A stretch of DNA of 64,000 nt. Origin: a bacterium. GTDB taxonomy: Bacteria; Patescibacteriota; Andersenbacteria; UBA10190; CAIZMI01. The translations under genes and the position numbers were made by a program. Positions 18,281 to 28,266 of the stretch are shown in pieces; within the stretch, counting starts at the first letter, position 1, and the number at the start of each line of letters is the position of its first letter. Location of the stretch: contig JAUSJG010000008.1 of assembly GCA_030647555.1 (NCBI GenBank), forward strand, positions 65,467 through 129,466, given 5' to 3'. The notes beneath the pieces were generated by a model. It worked only from the letters and a program-made list of their open reading frames with translations, did not search any database and had not been told where the DNA came from.

Positions 18281-19893
18281 AATGTGGCAGGTTTAATTTT
18301 TATTTGTTCTGCGTTTTGAGCTTGTTTAACCGGTAGTTCATAGATGACCGCCTCTTCCGTATCGTAAACCTTTTTGAATAACAATGGATTTGTTTCGTAT
18401 GCCGTAGACATAGTCTCGAACTTTTTGAAATATAACATATACGTGGCACTGGATTGGGTCAAAAGATTCATTACGTCCGCACAGGAATTTTTATTCAAAT
18501 ATCCGCCATTCGTTGTGCCTCGATCCGTGAGGACTGGAAGCCACCTGATAACGCCATCTCCCAAAGAATCGTTTTGTGCGATCACTGCGTTGCTCGGCAA
18601 GTTCTGTTTTATCCATCCAAAAACTTCAACTTGATTTGGTTGAAGTTGCTGATAGGTTTTGTCTATTCCCGGGTTGGCAAAATAAGCGCCTGCGGTATGC
18701 CAGCCTTGGAAAATGGCAACGGCTAAAATAACGGTAAGTACCAAGTAGCGCAACGGGCCAAAAGCAAATGCAGTTTGAAGAACCTTCCAAATACCAATTG
18801 ATCCGAAAATAATTATGGAAATAATTGCGAAAGGGAAAAATCGACTTTCCAAAATTCCTATTCCAAGCAAGGAATTAAAACCGAGAACAATCGACAATGC
18901 TCCAAATGTCACCAAATATAGACGGAAAAATTTTGATATAGAATTTAGACGAGAAAAAATTATCAAACCGATTGGCGTAAAGGGAACAATTATTCCGATT
19001 TGGGATTTTAGTATTTCAGAAATGGTGCGAAAAACGTTAAATTCTGTTTCTAGTGCGATGTAGGAAGGCCAGCGCTTGAAAGCAATAAAGAGAAGGATCA
19101 GTAACAGCGCGGAGGCGACTGAAACGGTAACGCGCTTCCAGGTACAAGCGGTTTCGTTGACACGATCTAATTTTGAAAAAATATACTGTGGCAGGGTGAT
19201 TACCAGTGCTAATGCACAAACAATAAATGTTCCCGGGTGCGCGAACCACATCGCTATGAGTGACAGTCCAACTCCAATTTTTGATTTTGCATGCAATTTT
19301 TCAAAAAACAAAAGCAGAAAAATCATACTCCACAGTTGAGGCATAAAGCCAATTTGAACAAACGATAAGACACCGACTACGGATATCGACCAAAAGACCA
19401 TTCCGATAAAAGCGGGAATCAAACCGGCAAATTTTCTTAGTAAATAGCCCAAAAGCAGTCCTGTGAGAAGGTGACCAAGCGCCATCCAAATCATAAAGCG
19501 TTGAGGCCAGGAGAACGGCAAAAAACGAGCTAGCGCAAACAGGCTACTGGATAGTCGGTAAGTTGTTTTAAAAGGTGCAAACCTGTCTGCGACGGTGCTA
19601 AAGGGTGGTGCGGAAATTGGATAGCGCGCATTTTGGATGTGTGTTGGTGCATCGTTCCCAAGCGGTAGTTTTGAGGTTAGGGGGTATTGAAATGAAAAAA
19701 CAGACAAAATTATAATTGCCACCAAAAAAAAGCCGACATTAGTGCTGTGTGTGAATATTGTTTTAATAGCTTTTTTCACGAACAATTTTGCGGTAAAAAA
19801 CGAGGTGTGTGGTTCAAACGGTAATATGATTATTTTCCGTACAGTATTTGGTAACTTTCGTGATAATATTATCAATGTTGCTTTGTGGCGCAA
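18268..19893 (-). CDS. polytopic membrane protein with C-terminal soluble domain (GT-C-like architecture), hypothetical
   Basis: 541 aa, more than 10 TM helices, then about 130 aa of hydrophilic C-terminus. Its 5' end overlaps the upstream epimerase gene in the ORF track, so the true start is uncertain. Confidence 0.4.
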   Translation of the reverse strand: MRHKATLIILSRKLPNTVRKIIILPFEPHTSFFTAKLFVKKAIKTIFTHSTNVGFFLVAIIILSVFSFQYPLTSKLPLGNDAPTHIQNARYPISAPPFSTVADRFAPFKTTYRLSSSLFALARFLPFSWPQRFMIWMALGHLLTGLLLGYLLRKFAGLIPAFIGMVFWSISVVGVLSFVQIGFMPQLWSMIFLLLFFEKLHAKSKIGVGLSLIAMWFAHPGTFIVCALALVITLPQYIFSKLDRVNETACTWKRVTVSVASALLLILLFIAFKRWPSYIALETEFNVFRTISEILKSQIGIIVPFTPIGLIIFSRLNSISKFFRLYLVTFGALSIVLGFNSLLGIGILESRFFPFAIISIIIFGSIGIWKVLQTAFAFGPLRYLVLTVILAVAIFQGWHTAGAYFANPGIDKTYQQLQPNQVEVFGWIKQNLPSNAVIAQNDSLGDGVIRWLPVLTDRGTTNGGYLNKNSCADVMNLLTQSSATYMLYFKKFETMSTAYETNPLLFKKVYDTEEAVIYELPVKQAQNAEQIKIKPATLCAN

Positions 19894-20800
19894 AATTCAA
19901 CAGCTTTTCAATTTTATCGGTATTGGGTTCTCTGCGCTCGGCGTCTTCAAAGCCGACTTTGTACGCCTCATTGTAGGGAATGAACAGTTTAATGCTTTTA
20001 CTTCTCGTGTAATCAATAATTTTGTCCGCCAGTTCCTCTATTGTAATTACTTGTTTACTGCCAATATTATAAACTTCTCCGTTTGTCTGCTCATTGTCCA
20101 TTAGAAGTTGCATCGCCTTAACGACATCTTTTACATAAATAAAACAGCGGGATTGTTTGCCGTCGCCATGAATAGTAAGAGATTCATTTCGCAAGGCTTG
20201 CTTAATAAAAGTTGGGATGACCATGCCGTAAGCGTCTGTTTGTCTTTCGCCGACGGTGTTGAAAAGACGAACCACGGTAACGGGTAGTTTTCTCTCATTG
20301 AAGTAGGCGAACGACAAATATTCATCGAGTGCTTTCGAGCAAGCATAAGACCAGCGACTTTTGATTGTTTCACCCATTCTTAAGTCATCGTTTTCCGCTG
20401 AAGGCTTTTGGCTGTTCTTTCCATATACCTCTGAAGTAGAAGTAAGAAGAATTTTTTTGTTATACTTACTCGCAATTTCCAGCAGTTTCGCGGTGCTGTC
20501 AATATTATTTTTGATTGATGAGACAAGGTTGTCCATTATGTTTTTAACGCCAACTGACGCCGCAAGATGATAAATCGCGTCTACGGATGCCACTAGACGA
20601 TCGAGGTCGGGAGATTCTGAAAGTTCGCCCGCAACAAAATGAAACATTGGGTTGTCTTCCAGATGCGCGATATTGGTCATTGAACCGGTTGACAGGTTGT
20701 CGATGGCAAATACTTCGTGATCCAAGTTCAATAAGTGTTCCGCAAGGTGGGACCCGATAAAACCGGCGCCACCTGTGATAAGATATTTATGCATAATCAA
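19814..20800 (-). CDS. NAD-dependent nucleotide-sugar epimerase/dehydratase (SDR family)
   Basis: N-terminal 'ITGGAGFIGSHLAEHL' Rossmann motif. The catalytic 'YACSKALDEY' YxxxK. 328 aa. Confidence 0.75.
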   Translation of the reverse strand: MIMHKYLITGGAGFIGSHLAEHLLNLDHEVFAIDNLSTGSMTNIAHLEDNPMFHFVAGELSESPDLDRLVASVDAIYHLAASVGVKNIMDNLVSSIKNNIDSTAKLLEIASKYNKKILLTSTSEVYGKNSQKPSAENDDLRMGETIKSRWSYACSKALDEYLSFAYFNERKLPVTVVRLFNTVGERQTDAYGMVIPTFIKQALRNESLTIHGDGKQSRCFIYVKDVVKAMQLLMDNEQTNGEVYNIGSKQVITIEELADKIIDYTRSKSIKLFIPYNEAYKVGFEDAERREPNTDKIEKLLNFAPQSNIDNIITKVTKYCTENNHITV

Positions 20801-21180
20801 TTTTTGGGTAAATTATTTTTTGCTAAATCCGCTTTTAGAATAGCATGTTCTTGCGCAAGCGCGCGAATTTTTTTATCGTAGCGGGAAAAAAGAAGGGAAA
20901 AATGAATGGCCAAAAGAAATAGACCGATGACCATTGCGAGAAGTAGCATTGCGGGAGCATAGGCAATACCGATGGTTTCGGCTAAATAATCCATTAGGCC
21001 TTCAAAAATAGAAAGTACGACCATAGTAAGTGCCACGATAAACCAAACAATGGAATACCCTTCCTTTAGTCTGCCTTGCTTAATCAGGAAGATTATGAAA
21101 AAAAAGAGAGCCAAACTGCCGATAATTGCGATAATTTGTAATCTTGGTGGAATTGAACCTTGGAACGCGAGGGAAATCAT
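20797..21180 (-). CDS. DUF2304-like small membrane protein (partner of polyprenol-P-sugar GT2)
   Basis: 127 aa, three TM helices, then an amphipathic tail. It is translationally coupled to the upstream GT2 (21177..21878). That gene arrangement is typical of DUF2304. Confidence 0.4.
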   Translation of the reverse strand: MISLAFQGSIPPRLQIIAIIGSLALFFFIIFLIKQGRLKEGYSIVWFIVALTMVVLSIFEGLMDYLAETIGIAYAPAMLLLAMVIGLFLLAIHFSLLFSRYDKKIRALAQEHAILKADLAKNNLPKN

Positions 21181-21878
21181 ACTCTAGGATGTTTAATTGC
21201 GCTGATAAGAATGGCGATGGAATTAGATGCGACAAAATAGGCTGCTTTTATTGGTCTTACAGAAGACACACCACCTTGTCGTTCTTTCATAATAACTGGA
21301 ATTTCATTGAGGCGAAACCCTCTTTGAAACATCATAACGATCGATTCCGGTTCAGGAAAATCAGTGGGGTAGTGTTTTGCCGCGTAGGCAAGGGCTTGTT
21401 TGTTGTATAGGCGAAAACCGGAGGTTGAATCAGAAACGTATTTTCCGGTGACTATGTAAATTAAGAAAGAGAAAATTCTTATACCTAAAATACGCATCGG
21501 AGAAGAAGTAAAACCCTCGCGCTTAAGAAAGCGACTGCCGATTACCATATCCGCTTTGTCATTATTTAACACTTCTAATAGGTTTGGTATAAAAACAGGA
21601 TCGTGTTGTCCGTCTCCATCCACTTGCATCGCAATATCGTAGTTGTTTCTGTGAACATAAGTAAGCCCTGTGCGCATTGCACCGCCGATTCCTAAATTGA
21701 TTGGTAGATCTAGGAGTGTGATGTTGGGAATGGATAACGCGATTTCTTTTGTCTTGTCCGTAGAGGCATCGTTAACCACAATAATGTCTCCCTGTGGACA
21801 GGACACTTTAATTGCATCAATAGACGCTTTGAGGCATTTTTCTTCGTTATAGGCCGGAATGATAATCGCAATCTTCAT
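21177..21878 (-). CDS. GT2 glycosyltransferase, polyprenol-phosphate sugar synthase type (DPM1/CsbB/GtrB-like)
   Basis: 'IIIPAYNEE', 'VVNDASTDKT', 'QVDGDGQHDP' and 'GSRF' motifs, 233 aa, no TM region. Confidence 0.8.
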   Translation of the reverse strand: MKIAIIIPAYNEEKCLKASIDAIKVSCPQGDIIVVNDASTDKTKEIALSIPNITLLDLPINLGIGGAMRTGLTYVHRNNYDIAMQVDGDGQHDPVFIPNLLEVLNNDKADMVIGSRFLKREGFTSSPMRILGIRIFSFLIYIVTGKYVSDSTSGFRLYNKQALAYAAKHYPTDFPEPESIVMMFQRGFRLNEIPVIMKERQGGVSSVRPIKAAYFVASNSIAILISAIKHPRV

Positions 21879-21969
21879 ATTCAGTAGTATAGGACAATAG
21901 TTGGTATTGTATAGTGTTTTTGTTTCGTTTCTCCTTTAACTATTGGGGCATTGTTGGTATAAATAACGA

Positions 21970-24087
21970 GTGAGTAATTATTACGATATTTTGAAAAGAG
22001 TTTTTAAGCTCAATGTGGTGGTTTTTTCGCTTTTTGCCCTTCTTTTTGTGTGGACGCGTTTTATTGAGATTCGTTTGATCAACTATGTTTACTCATTTAT
22101 TGTGCTGTTCATAACGTTGGCGCTTGGTGGAATCAACTGCGTTCTTCTTTTACAGTGTTGCGTTAAAAAAACATTTAACTGGTTGGAATTTATAAATATC
22201 GCCAGTATAAGCGGTTTGCTTATAATGCCGGCATTCTATTTTCTGGAAATAACTTTTCTTGATAAAGATTACATTTGGCTTCCTGTAATCAATACATTGT
22301 TCTTGTTTATTGCTGTTTTATTTTTTTGCTTAAAGGGAAGAGCGTCATTTATTGAAGAAGACAATAAGGCTGATCAAGAAAGTGTAACAAAGTCATATTT
22401 ATTGTTTGGAGTTATTGCGGTGCTATTTTTCATAACTGTTTTATTAATAATTACTTCGTATTTTCCGCTACTTGAGCAAGACCCTTATCATTGGATGAAT
22501 AAGTATAGAGAATTGTTTGTTGACGGAAAATTGGCACCTTTAGTTGATAGGCCACTTTTTTTAGTTTTGACGAGAATCTTCATAAATACTGCTCGAATTG
22601 ATACATACGCGTATTTTAAATATGTTTTGCCGTTGCTCTCTTGTCTTATTCTTATCCCAACATGGCTTGTGGCGAGCAGATTTAAAAGCAGGCTTCATCA
22701 GCTGGCGATATTAGTAATTCCGTTGGCAAGCCCATCAACAATTCTCTATCAAATTACTCCAATGCCGCAAATGATAGCGATAATAGCAACATCAAATTTT
22801 ATTTTTTGGTTATTGTATTCTCGATTAAGCGGAAATAGATATTTTTACTATCTTGCGGGGTTTTCTATTTTTCTAGCCAGTTTTTATTATGAAATGGCTG
22901 TTATTATATTCTTAATTTGGATATCAGTAACGATAATTAATGATAGAAAAAAAATCACCTTTATTATTAATTCAAACAAACTCACGGTTTTTTTATTGAT
23001 GATTATTCTTTTGCCGTATTATAATTTTGTAAATAATTTGTTAATTTTTGTCATTTTTTGGATAAATAAAGTTTATCATTCTATACTACTTTTTCAGATA
23101 AATTGGCTGTTTCCGGCGTTTTACGAGAATGTGGATCAAAATCAAATGGGTTGGCCTGGTTTTTTGGGTGTCAGTAAGTATTATCTTTTTTATGTGGGCC
23201 CACCACTTTTATTTACTGCCGGAGTTTTTTGTTGTTTTTTCCTTTTTAGAGCGTCCTTTCGTCGTCGAGTATTGCGTAGTAGTGTTGGTAGTCCTGAAGC
23301 AGTAATATTGTGTCTTGGGTTTGTAACATTTTTTATTATCTCGGATGTGTTGCCAAGAATTGCCAATGTCGCATTGCTTCCGGAAAGAGCTTGGATCTTT
23401 GGAGGTATATTCTTATCGGCTTTTGTTGTAGGAACAATGAAACATTCCGAAGATAATCATTATCATAATCATAATCATTATTCTATTTTGCTCGTATTTT
23501 TAACATTGATAAGCGTCGGAGCAGCTATTTATATAAACGATCTTAAAAAATATGTTGTTCCCGATTATCAGTTGCAATCGGCAGAATGGATAAAAAATAA
23601 TTTGTCAGGAAGAAGAGTTATTTTATCTGTTGGTAATTATAATTTACTAAGGTTTCATGCAAATTCAGTTATGTATAATATGCCAGCGAATTTCTATTGT
23701 GACAAAGAGTTGGAACAATCGGAAAATTTATGGCGTATAGTTGAAAGTACTAACCCTGTGTTTTTTCCCAAAAAAATTGTGGCACGTCAGACACTTGGTA
23801 AACTTGAAAATTATCTAACGCAAACCAATTCAGTTGATTCGGGTAAATTACATAGTATAATTGATGAAAATGTTAACGATTTGAAAAAAGGAATTGAATT
23901 GCGAGAAGGTTTGAAAAAGAATGTATTCATATATTACTATAGCGACGATCCGCGTAATCCTTACGCTCAAAGGCCTTATCGCGAGATGACGGCGCAGTGT
24001 TTTCCTCTTGTTTTTGATACGAACAGCGACGCATATGAGAGGATATATTCAGATCAAGACAGGGTGATAATATGGCGCGTGAAATAA
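21970..24087 (+). CDS. large polytopic membrane protein with C-terminal soluble domain (hypothetical)
   Basis: 705 aa, GTG start. About 12 TM helices. A His/Asn-rich segment 'HSEDNHYHNHNHYS' is encoded by an AATCAT-type hexanucleotide repeat at 23452-23480. The C-terminal ~200 aa are hydrophilic. Confidence 0.4.
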   Translation: MSNYYDILKRVFKLNVVVFSLFALLFVWTRFIEIRLINYVYSFIVLFITLALGGINCVLLLQCCVKKTFNWLEFINIASISGLLIMPAFYFLEITFLDKDYIWLPVINTLFLFIAVLFFCLKGRASFIEEDNKADQESVTKSYLLFGVIAVLFFITVLLIITSYFPLLEQDPYHWMNKYRELFVDGKLAPLVDRPLFLVLTRIFINTARIDTYAYFKYVLPLLSCLILIPTWLVASRFKSRLHQLAILVIPLASPSTILYQITPMPQMIAIIATSNFIFWLLYSRLSGNRYFYYLAGFSIFLASFYYEMAVIIFLIWISVTIINDRKKITFIINSNKLTVFLLMIILLPYYNFVNNLLIFVIFWINKVYHSILLFQINWLFPAFYENVDQNQMGWPGFLGVSKYYLFYVGPPLLFTAGVFCCFFLFRASFRRRVLRSSVGSPEAVILCLGFVTFFIISDVLPRIANVALLPERAWIFGGIFLSAFVVGTMKHSEDNHYHNHNHYSILLVFLTLISVGAAIYINDLKKYVVPDYQLQSAEWIKNNLSGRRVILSVGNYNLLRFHANSVMYNMPANFYCDKELEQSENLWRIVESTNPVFFPKKIVARQTLGKLENYLTQTNSVDSGKLHSIIDENVNDLKKGIELREGLKKNVFIYYYSDDPRNPYAQRPYREMTAQCFPLVFDTNSDAYERIYSDQDRVIIWRVK

Positions 24088-25271
24088 GGGGAATCAGTAT
24101 GGATGAGAAAAAACAAAACAAGAGAATTCTTGTTTTTTCGCCTTTATACCCCCCGCATATAGGCGGGTTACAGTCGCATGCAAGAGAATTTAACAAGTAT
24201 TTGTCTATGTTGGGTTACGATATTACCGTTTTTACACCACAATTACCGTTTAGTGCTAAAAACGAGGAGTTGGTTTGTGAAAATAATTCTTCGCGTTGCG
24301 TAAGGGTAATCAGGTTTCCGGCATTCGAATTGATATCCAATTATCCGGTGCCCAAATTTTGGCAACCGCTTTTTTGGCGTCAGGTGGCAACCGTACGAAC
24401 TAATAAATATTCAATAATCATTTCGCGCACGAGATTCTTTTTCTCATCCTTGCTGGCTGGCTGGTACGCCAAAACAAACAAGGTTAGATGGGTACACATA
24501 GAACACGGTTCGGATTTTCCCAAGCTTGAAAGTGTCTGGAAAAATTTTGTCGCTGTTTTGTATGATAAAACATTGGGGAAGTTGGTGCTCTGGAGCGCGG
24601 ATGTTGTAGTAGCAAATTCTCAAGCCTCGGCCGGTTTTGTTAAAGAAATGGCCGGGCGAGAGTGCAAATTTATTTATCGAGGAGTAGATAAAGCAGAGAT
24701 ATCTGTAACCGGTCCTGTTGCTTTGAATTTGCCACAAGGGTCGTTATTGGTTGTTTTTGTCGGGCGTTTAATTTCCGGTAAGGGTGTTGCTGATCTTTTA
24801 AATGCGTTGAAAGTTATTGATCGCAAAGAAGTATTTTGTTTTATTGTGGGAGATGGTCCGCAGACCAACGATTTGAAAAGTATTGCTCAAGGTTTGGGGT
24901 TGGACAAGGTAGTCTTTTTGGGAGAAAAGGTGCACCATGATACTATTGCCTTAATCAAGCGGGCGGATATTGTAATCAACCCCAGTTATACAGAAGGTCT
25001 ACCAACATCGATAATCGAGGCGGCGCTTTGTGGTAAGGCGATTATTGCGACGGACGTCGGCGGGACGAAGGAGATCGTCGATCACAATCTTAGTGGGCTT
25101 TTGTATAAACCAAGAGATGTATTTGCGCTTGTAAGCTTGTTGCGTGATTTGTTGGATAATCCTGCGAAAAGGGAACGTTTGGGTAATGGTGCGTTTCAGA
25201 AGAATAAAGACTTATTTGACTGGGAAAAAGCATCTTTGCAATATGTTCAACTTTTTAACACAATTGAATAA
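24072..25271 (+). CDS. GT4 (group 1) glycosyltransferase
   Basis: C-terminal 'EGLPTSIIEAALCGKAIIATDVGGTKEIV' carries the EX7E motif. The alternative start 'MDEKKQ' at 24099 would avoid overlap with the upstream gene. Confidence 0.8.
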   Translation: MAREIRGISMDEKKQNKRILVFSPLYPPHIGGLQSHAREFNKYLSMLGYDITVFTPQLPFSAKNEELVCENNSSRCVRVIRFPAFELISNYPVPKFWQPLFWRQVATVRTNKYSIIISRTRFFFSSLLAGWYAKTNKVRWVHIEHGSDFPKLESVWKNFVAVLYDKTLGKLVLWSADVVVANSQASAGFVKEMAGRECKFIYRGVDKAEISVTGPVALNLPQGSLLVVFVGRLISGKGVADLLNALKVIDRKEVFCFIVGDGPQTNDLKSIAQGLGLDKVVFLGEKVHHDTIALIKRADIVINPSYTEGLPTSIIEAALCGKAIIATDVGGTKEIVDHNLSGLLYKPRDVFALVSLLRDLLDNPAKRERLGNGAFQKNKDLFDWEKASLQYVQLFNTIE

Positions 25272-27163
25272 TGTGCGGTATAACGGGGAAAATTAATCTT
25301 TCAGGAAAGGCAGTGCTTCCTGACGATATTGAAAAGATGAACGAGGCGATTAAACATCGTGGTCCGGACGATGGTGGGATTTATATTTCTCCTAAAAAGA
25401 ATGTCGGTTTGGGACACCGGCGATTATCAATCATTGATCTTTCCCCGCTTGGCCATCAGCCGATGCGCTATTTAGATAGATATTGGATTGTTTTTAACGG
25501 CGAAATATATAATTTTCAGGAAAAAAGAGATCTTCTTGAAAAAGACGGATATATATTTAAATCAAAAACTGATACGGAGGTAATTCTGGCGCTTTATGAT
25601 AAATACGGAAAAAATTGTCTTGAACATTTGCGGGGCATGTTTGCTTTTGCGATTTATGATGAAAAAGAAAATACGATTTTCTGTGCACGCGATCGGGTGG
25701 GAAAGAAGCCTTTTAAATATTATTTGGATGATAAGGTATTCATTTTTGCTTCGGAGTTAAAGGCAATTCTTACTCAGAAGGATTATGAAAAAAAACCGGA
25801 TTATGTCGCGATTCACCATTATCTAACCTTACAATATTGTCCCGCACCATTAACAGGATTTAAAGATATCAAAAAACTTGAACCAGCGCATTATCTTTTT
25901 ATTGATCTGAAGACGAGGAAAGTTGAAATTAATAGATACTGGATCTTGGATTACACGCAAAAACTGAATTTGTCCGAGGCAGAATGGAAAATTAAGATAA
26001 TGGAAAAACTTGAGGAATCTGTTCGGCTGAGGATGATTTCGGATGTTCCGTTGGGGGTGTTTCTCTCTGGTGGCGTAGATTCCAGTGCAATAGTCGGGCT
26101 GATGAGTAAAATAAGTGATAGGCCGGTAAAAACATTTTCCATTGGGTTTAAGGAGCAAAAATATAATGAACTTTCATACGCAAAAATTATTGCTGACAAA
26201 TTTAAGACTGATCACAGGGAATTCATAGTTGAAGCCAAGGCGATAGAAATTCTTCCGATGTTAATTAAGCAGTATGAAGAACCATATGCCGATTCAAGCG
26301 CAATTCCGACATATTACGTAAGTAAATTGACGCGTGAGCACGTAACCGTAGCTCTGAATGGTGACGGCGGCGATGAAAACTTTGCCGGCTATGGCAGTTA
26401 TCGGTATTTCAAAATAACTCTTTTTTATGATAAATTCCGTTATTTTCATAAGTGGGTGGTTTTGCCAATTGCAAAGATTTTGTCAGAAAATATTAAAAGT
26501 GATCTGACACACAAAATCTATCACTTCGCAAAAATTCTATCTCAGGAACCGTCAAGACGATTCACTTATTTTATGTCACATTTCGATAGTGAAATGAAAA
26601 AAGAATTATATACTGACAATATGAAGAAATTAACTGTCGGCCATGATTCCTTTGACATGCTGCCGCACAAGATATCAGAGGCAAAAGTTGTTGATCCTCT
26701 AGATTGTGCCATGTGTATGGATTTGAGCAGTTATATTCCGGATGGGCTAATGGTAAAAGTTGATATTGCCAGTATGGCAGTAGCGCTAGAGGGTAGATCT
26801 CCTCTGCTTGATCACGAATTTATTGAGCTTGCTTGTCAGATACCTAGTACCCTAAAACTGAAGGGGCTAAATAAGAAAAAATATATTTTTAAAAAAGCGC
26901 TTGAAGGATTTATCCCAGATGAAATACTGAATCGTCCCAAAATGGGTTTTGGTATTCCGCTTGATATTTGGCTTAGAAGTGACTTGAAGAAGTATACATA
27001 TGATAATTTGCTTTCGGAGCGCGCAATTAATCGCGGAATCTTTAAGAGAGAAGAGGTGAAGAAGATACTGGATACGCACACAAAAACAACGATTAACAAG
27101 TGTTATCAGATCTGGAATTTATTGGTTCTCGAGCTTTGGTTTCAGGAGTTTTTTGATCAATGA
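25271..27163 (+). CDS. asnB: asparagine synthase (glutamine-hydrolysing) family amidotransferase
   Basis: N-terminal 'MCGITG' Cys nucleophile, 'SGGVDSS' PP-loop, 630 aa. In a polysaccharide locus it is most likely a sugar amidotransferase (WbpS-like). Confidence 0.8.
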   Translation: MCGITGKINLSGKAVLPDDIEKMNEAIKHRGPDDGGIYISPKKNVGLGHRRLSIIDLSPLGHQPMRYLDRYWIVFNGEIYNFQEKRDLLEKDGYIFKSKTDTEVILALYDKYGKNCLEHLRGMFAFAIYDEKENTIFCARDRVGKKPFKYYLDDKVFIFASELKAILTQKDYEKKPDYVAIHHYLTLQYCPAPLTGFKDIKKLEPAHYLFIDLKTRKVEINRYWILDYTQKLNLSEAEWKIKIMEKLEESVRLRMISDVPLGVFLSGGVDSSAIVGLMSKISDRPVKTFSIGFKEQKYNELSYAKIIADKFKTDHREFIVEAKAIEILPMLIKQYEEPYADSSAIPTYYVSKLTREHVTVALNGDGGDENFAGYGSYRYFKITLFYDKFRYFHKWVVLPIAKILSENIKSDLTHKIYHFAKILSQEPSRRFTYFMSHFDSEMKKELYTDNMKKLTVGHDSFDMLPHKISEAKVVDPLDCAMCMDLSSYIPDGLMVKVDIASMAVALEGRSPLLDHEFIELACQIPSTLKLKGLNKKKYIFKKALEGFIPDEILNRPKMGFGIPLDIWLRSDLKKYTYDNLLSERAINRGIFKREEVKKILDTHTKTTINKCYQIWNLLVLELWFQEFFDQ

Positions 27164-28266
27164 AAAAAAAGGTTTTACATCTTATTACTGGTTTGGGAGT
27201 AGGTGGGGCAGAGATGATGTTGCTCAGGACGCTTCCTTTGCTACAGACAACTTTTGACAACGAGGTTTGTTGCGTCATGGGCAGGGGGCCTGTTGGTGAA
27301 AAAATAGAAGAAAAAGGAATTTCAGTGCATTATCTGGATCTTGGGAAATATAATTTCCCCATAGTAGCCTGGAGATTTGTTAAAATATCTAAACAGTTCA
27401 AATCGGGTTTGTTGGTTACCTATCTTATTCATGCCGATATCTTTGGAAGAATTTTGGGGAGATTGGCAGGTGTTAAAAAAATAATAAGTAGTCAGCGTGG
27501 TTTTTATGTGCAATGGAAATTTCTTAAGAAAATAGACAAGTGGACAAGCTTTTTGGTTGCCAAGTATTTTGTTCAGACAAGTTTTGCCAAAGAGGTGCTA
27601 ATGAATGAATTATCTTTGTCCGCGGATAAATTTGTGGTTATTCCCAACGCTATTAAGCTTGTTGAATACCAATTTAATTTAGATGTCGAAAAAAAGAAAA
27701 AAGAACTTGGGATACCCAATGATAATCTTTGCATTATTTGCGTGAGTAATTTAAAACCGGAAAAGGGTTATGAAGAATTGTTGGAGGCGTTTGAAAGTGT
27801 GTATTCACGGAATAAAAAAATAAATCTCCTTGTCGTTGGCAGCGGTAAAGAAATGACCAAATATCTAAATCAAATTGAAAATTATTCTTCAGGGAACAAC
27901 ATCATTTTCCTGGGACAGAGAAGTGATGTTAAGGAAATTTTGAGACTAGGAGAAATATTTGTTCTTGCGACATACTCAGAAGGAATGAGTAATGCTATCC
28001 TGGAAGCCATGGCGAGCAAATTGGCGATCATTACTACGGATATTGAGGTAAATAGAGAAGTGATAAAAGATAATGTATCCGGGCTACTTATACCCCCAAG
28101 AGACGCGAAGAGTATTGAGGAAAAGATTGATTTTCTTGTTGGAAATTATGAGAAACGCAGAGAATTGGGTGAAAACGCCTATCGTGAGGTGTTAGAACGA
28201 TTTGAATTAAATAAGGTGGTTGACCAAATTAAGGATAATTATGAGCTCGTTCTGTATGGGCGCTAA
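27160..28266 (+). CDS. GT4 (group 1) glycosyltransferase
   Basis: 'EGMSNAILEAMASKLAIITTDIEVNREVI' EX7E motif. 368 aa. Confidence 0.8.
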   Translation: MKKKVLHLITGLGVGGAEMMLLRTLPLLQTTFDNEVCCVMGRGPVGEKIEEKGISVHYLDLGKYNFPIVAWRFVKISKQFKSGLLVTYLIHADIFGRILGRLAGVKKIISSQRGFYVQWKFLKKIDKWTSFLVAKYFVQTSFAKEVLMNELSLSADKFVVIPNAIKLVEYQFNLDVEKKKKELGIPNDNLCIICVSNLKPEKGYEELLEAFESVYSRNKKINLLVVGSGKEMTKYLNQIENYSSGNNIIFLGQRSDVKEILRLGEIFVLATYSEGMSNAILEAMASKLAIITTDIEVNREVIKDNVSGLLIPPRDAKSIEEKIDFLVGNYEKRRELGENAYREVLERFELNKVVDQIKDNYELVLYGR

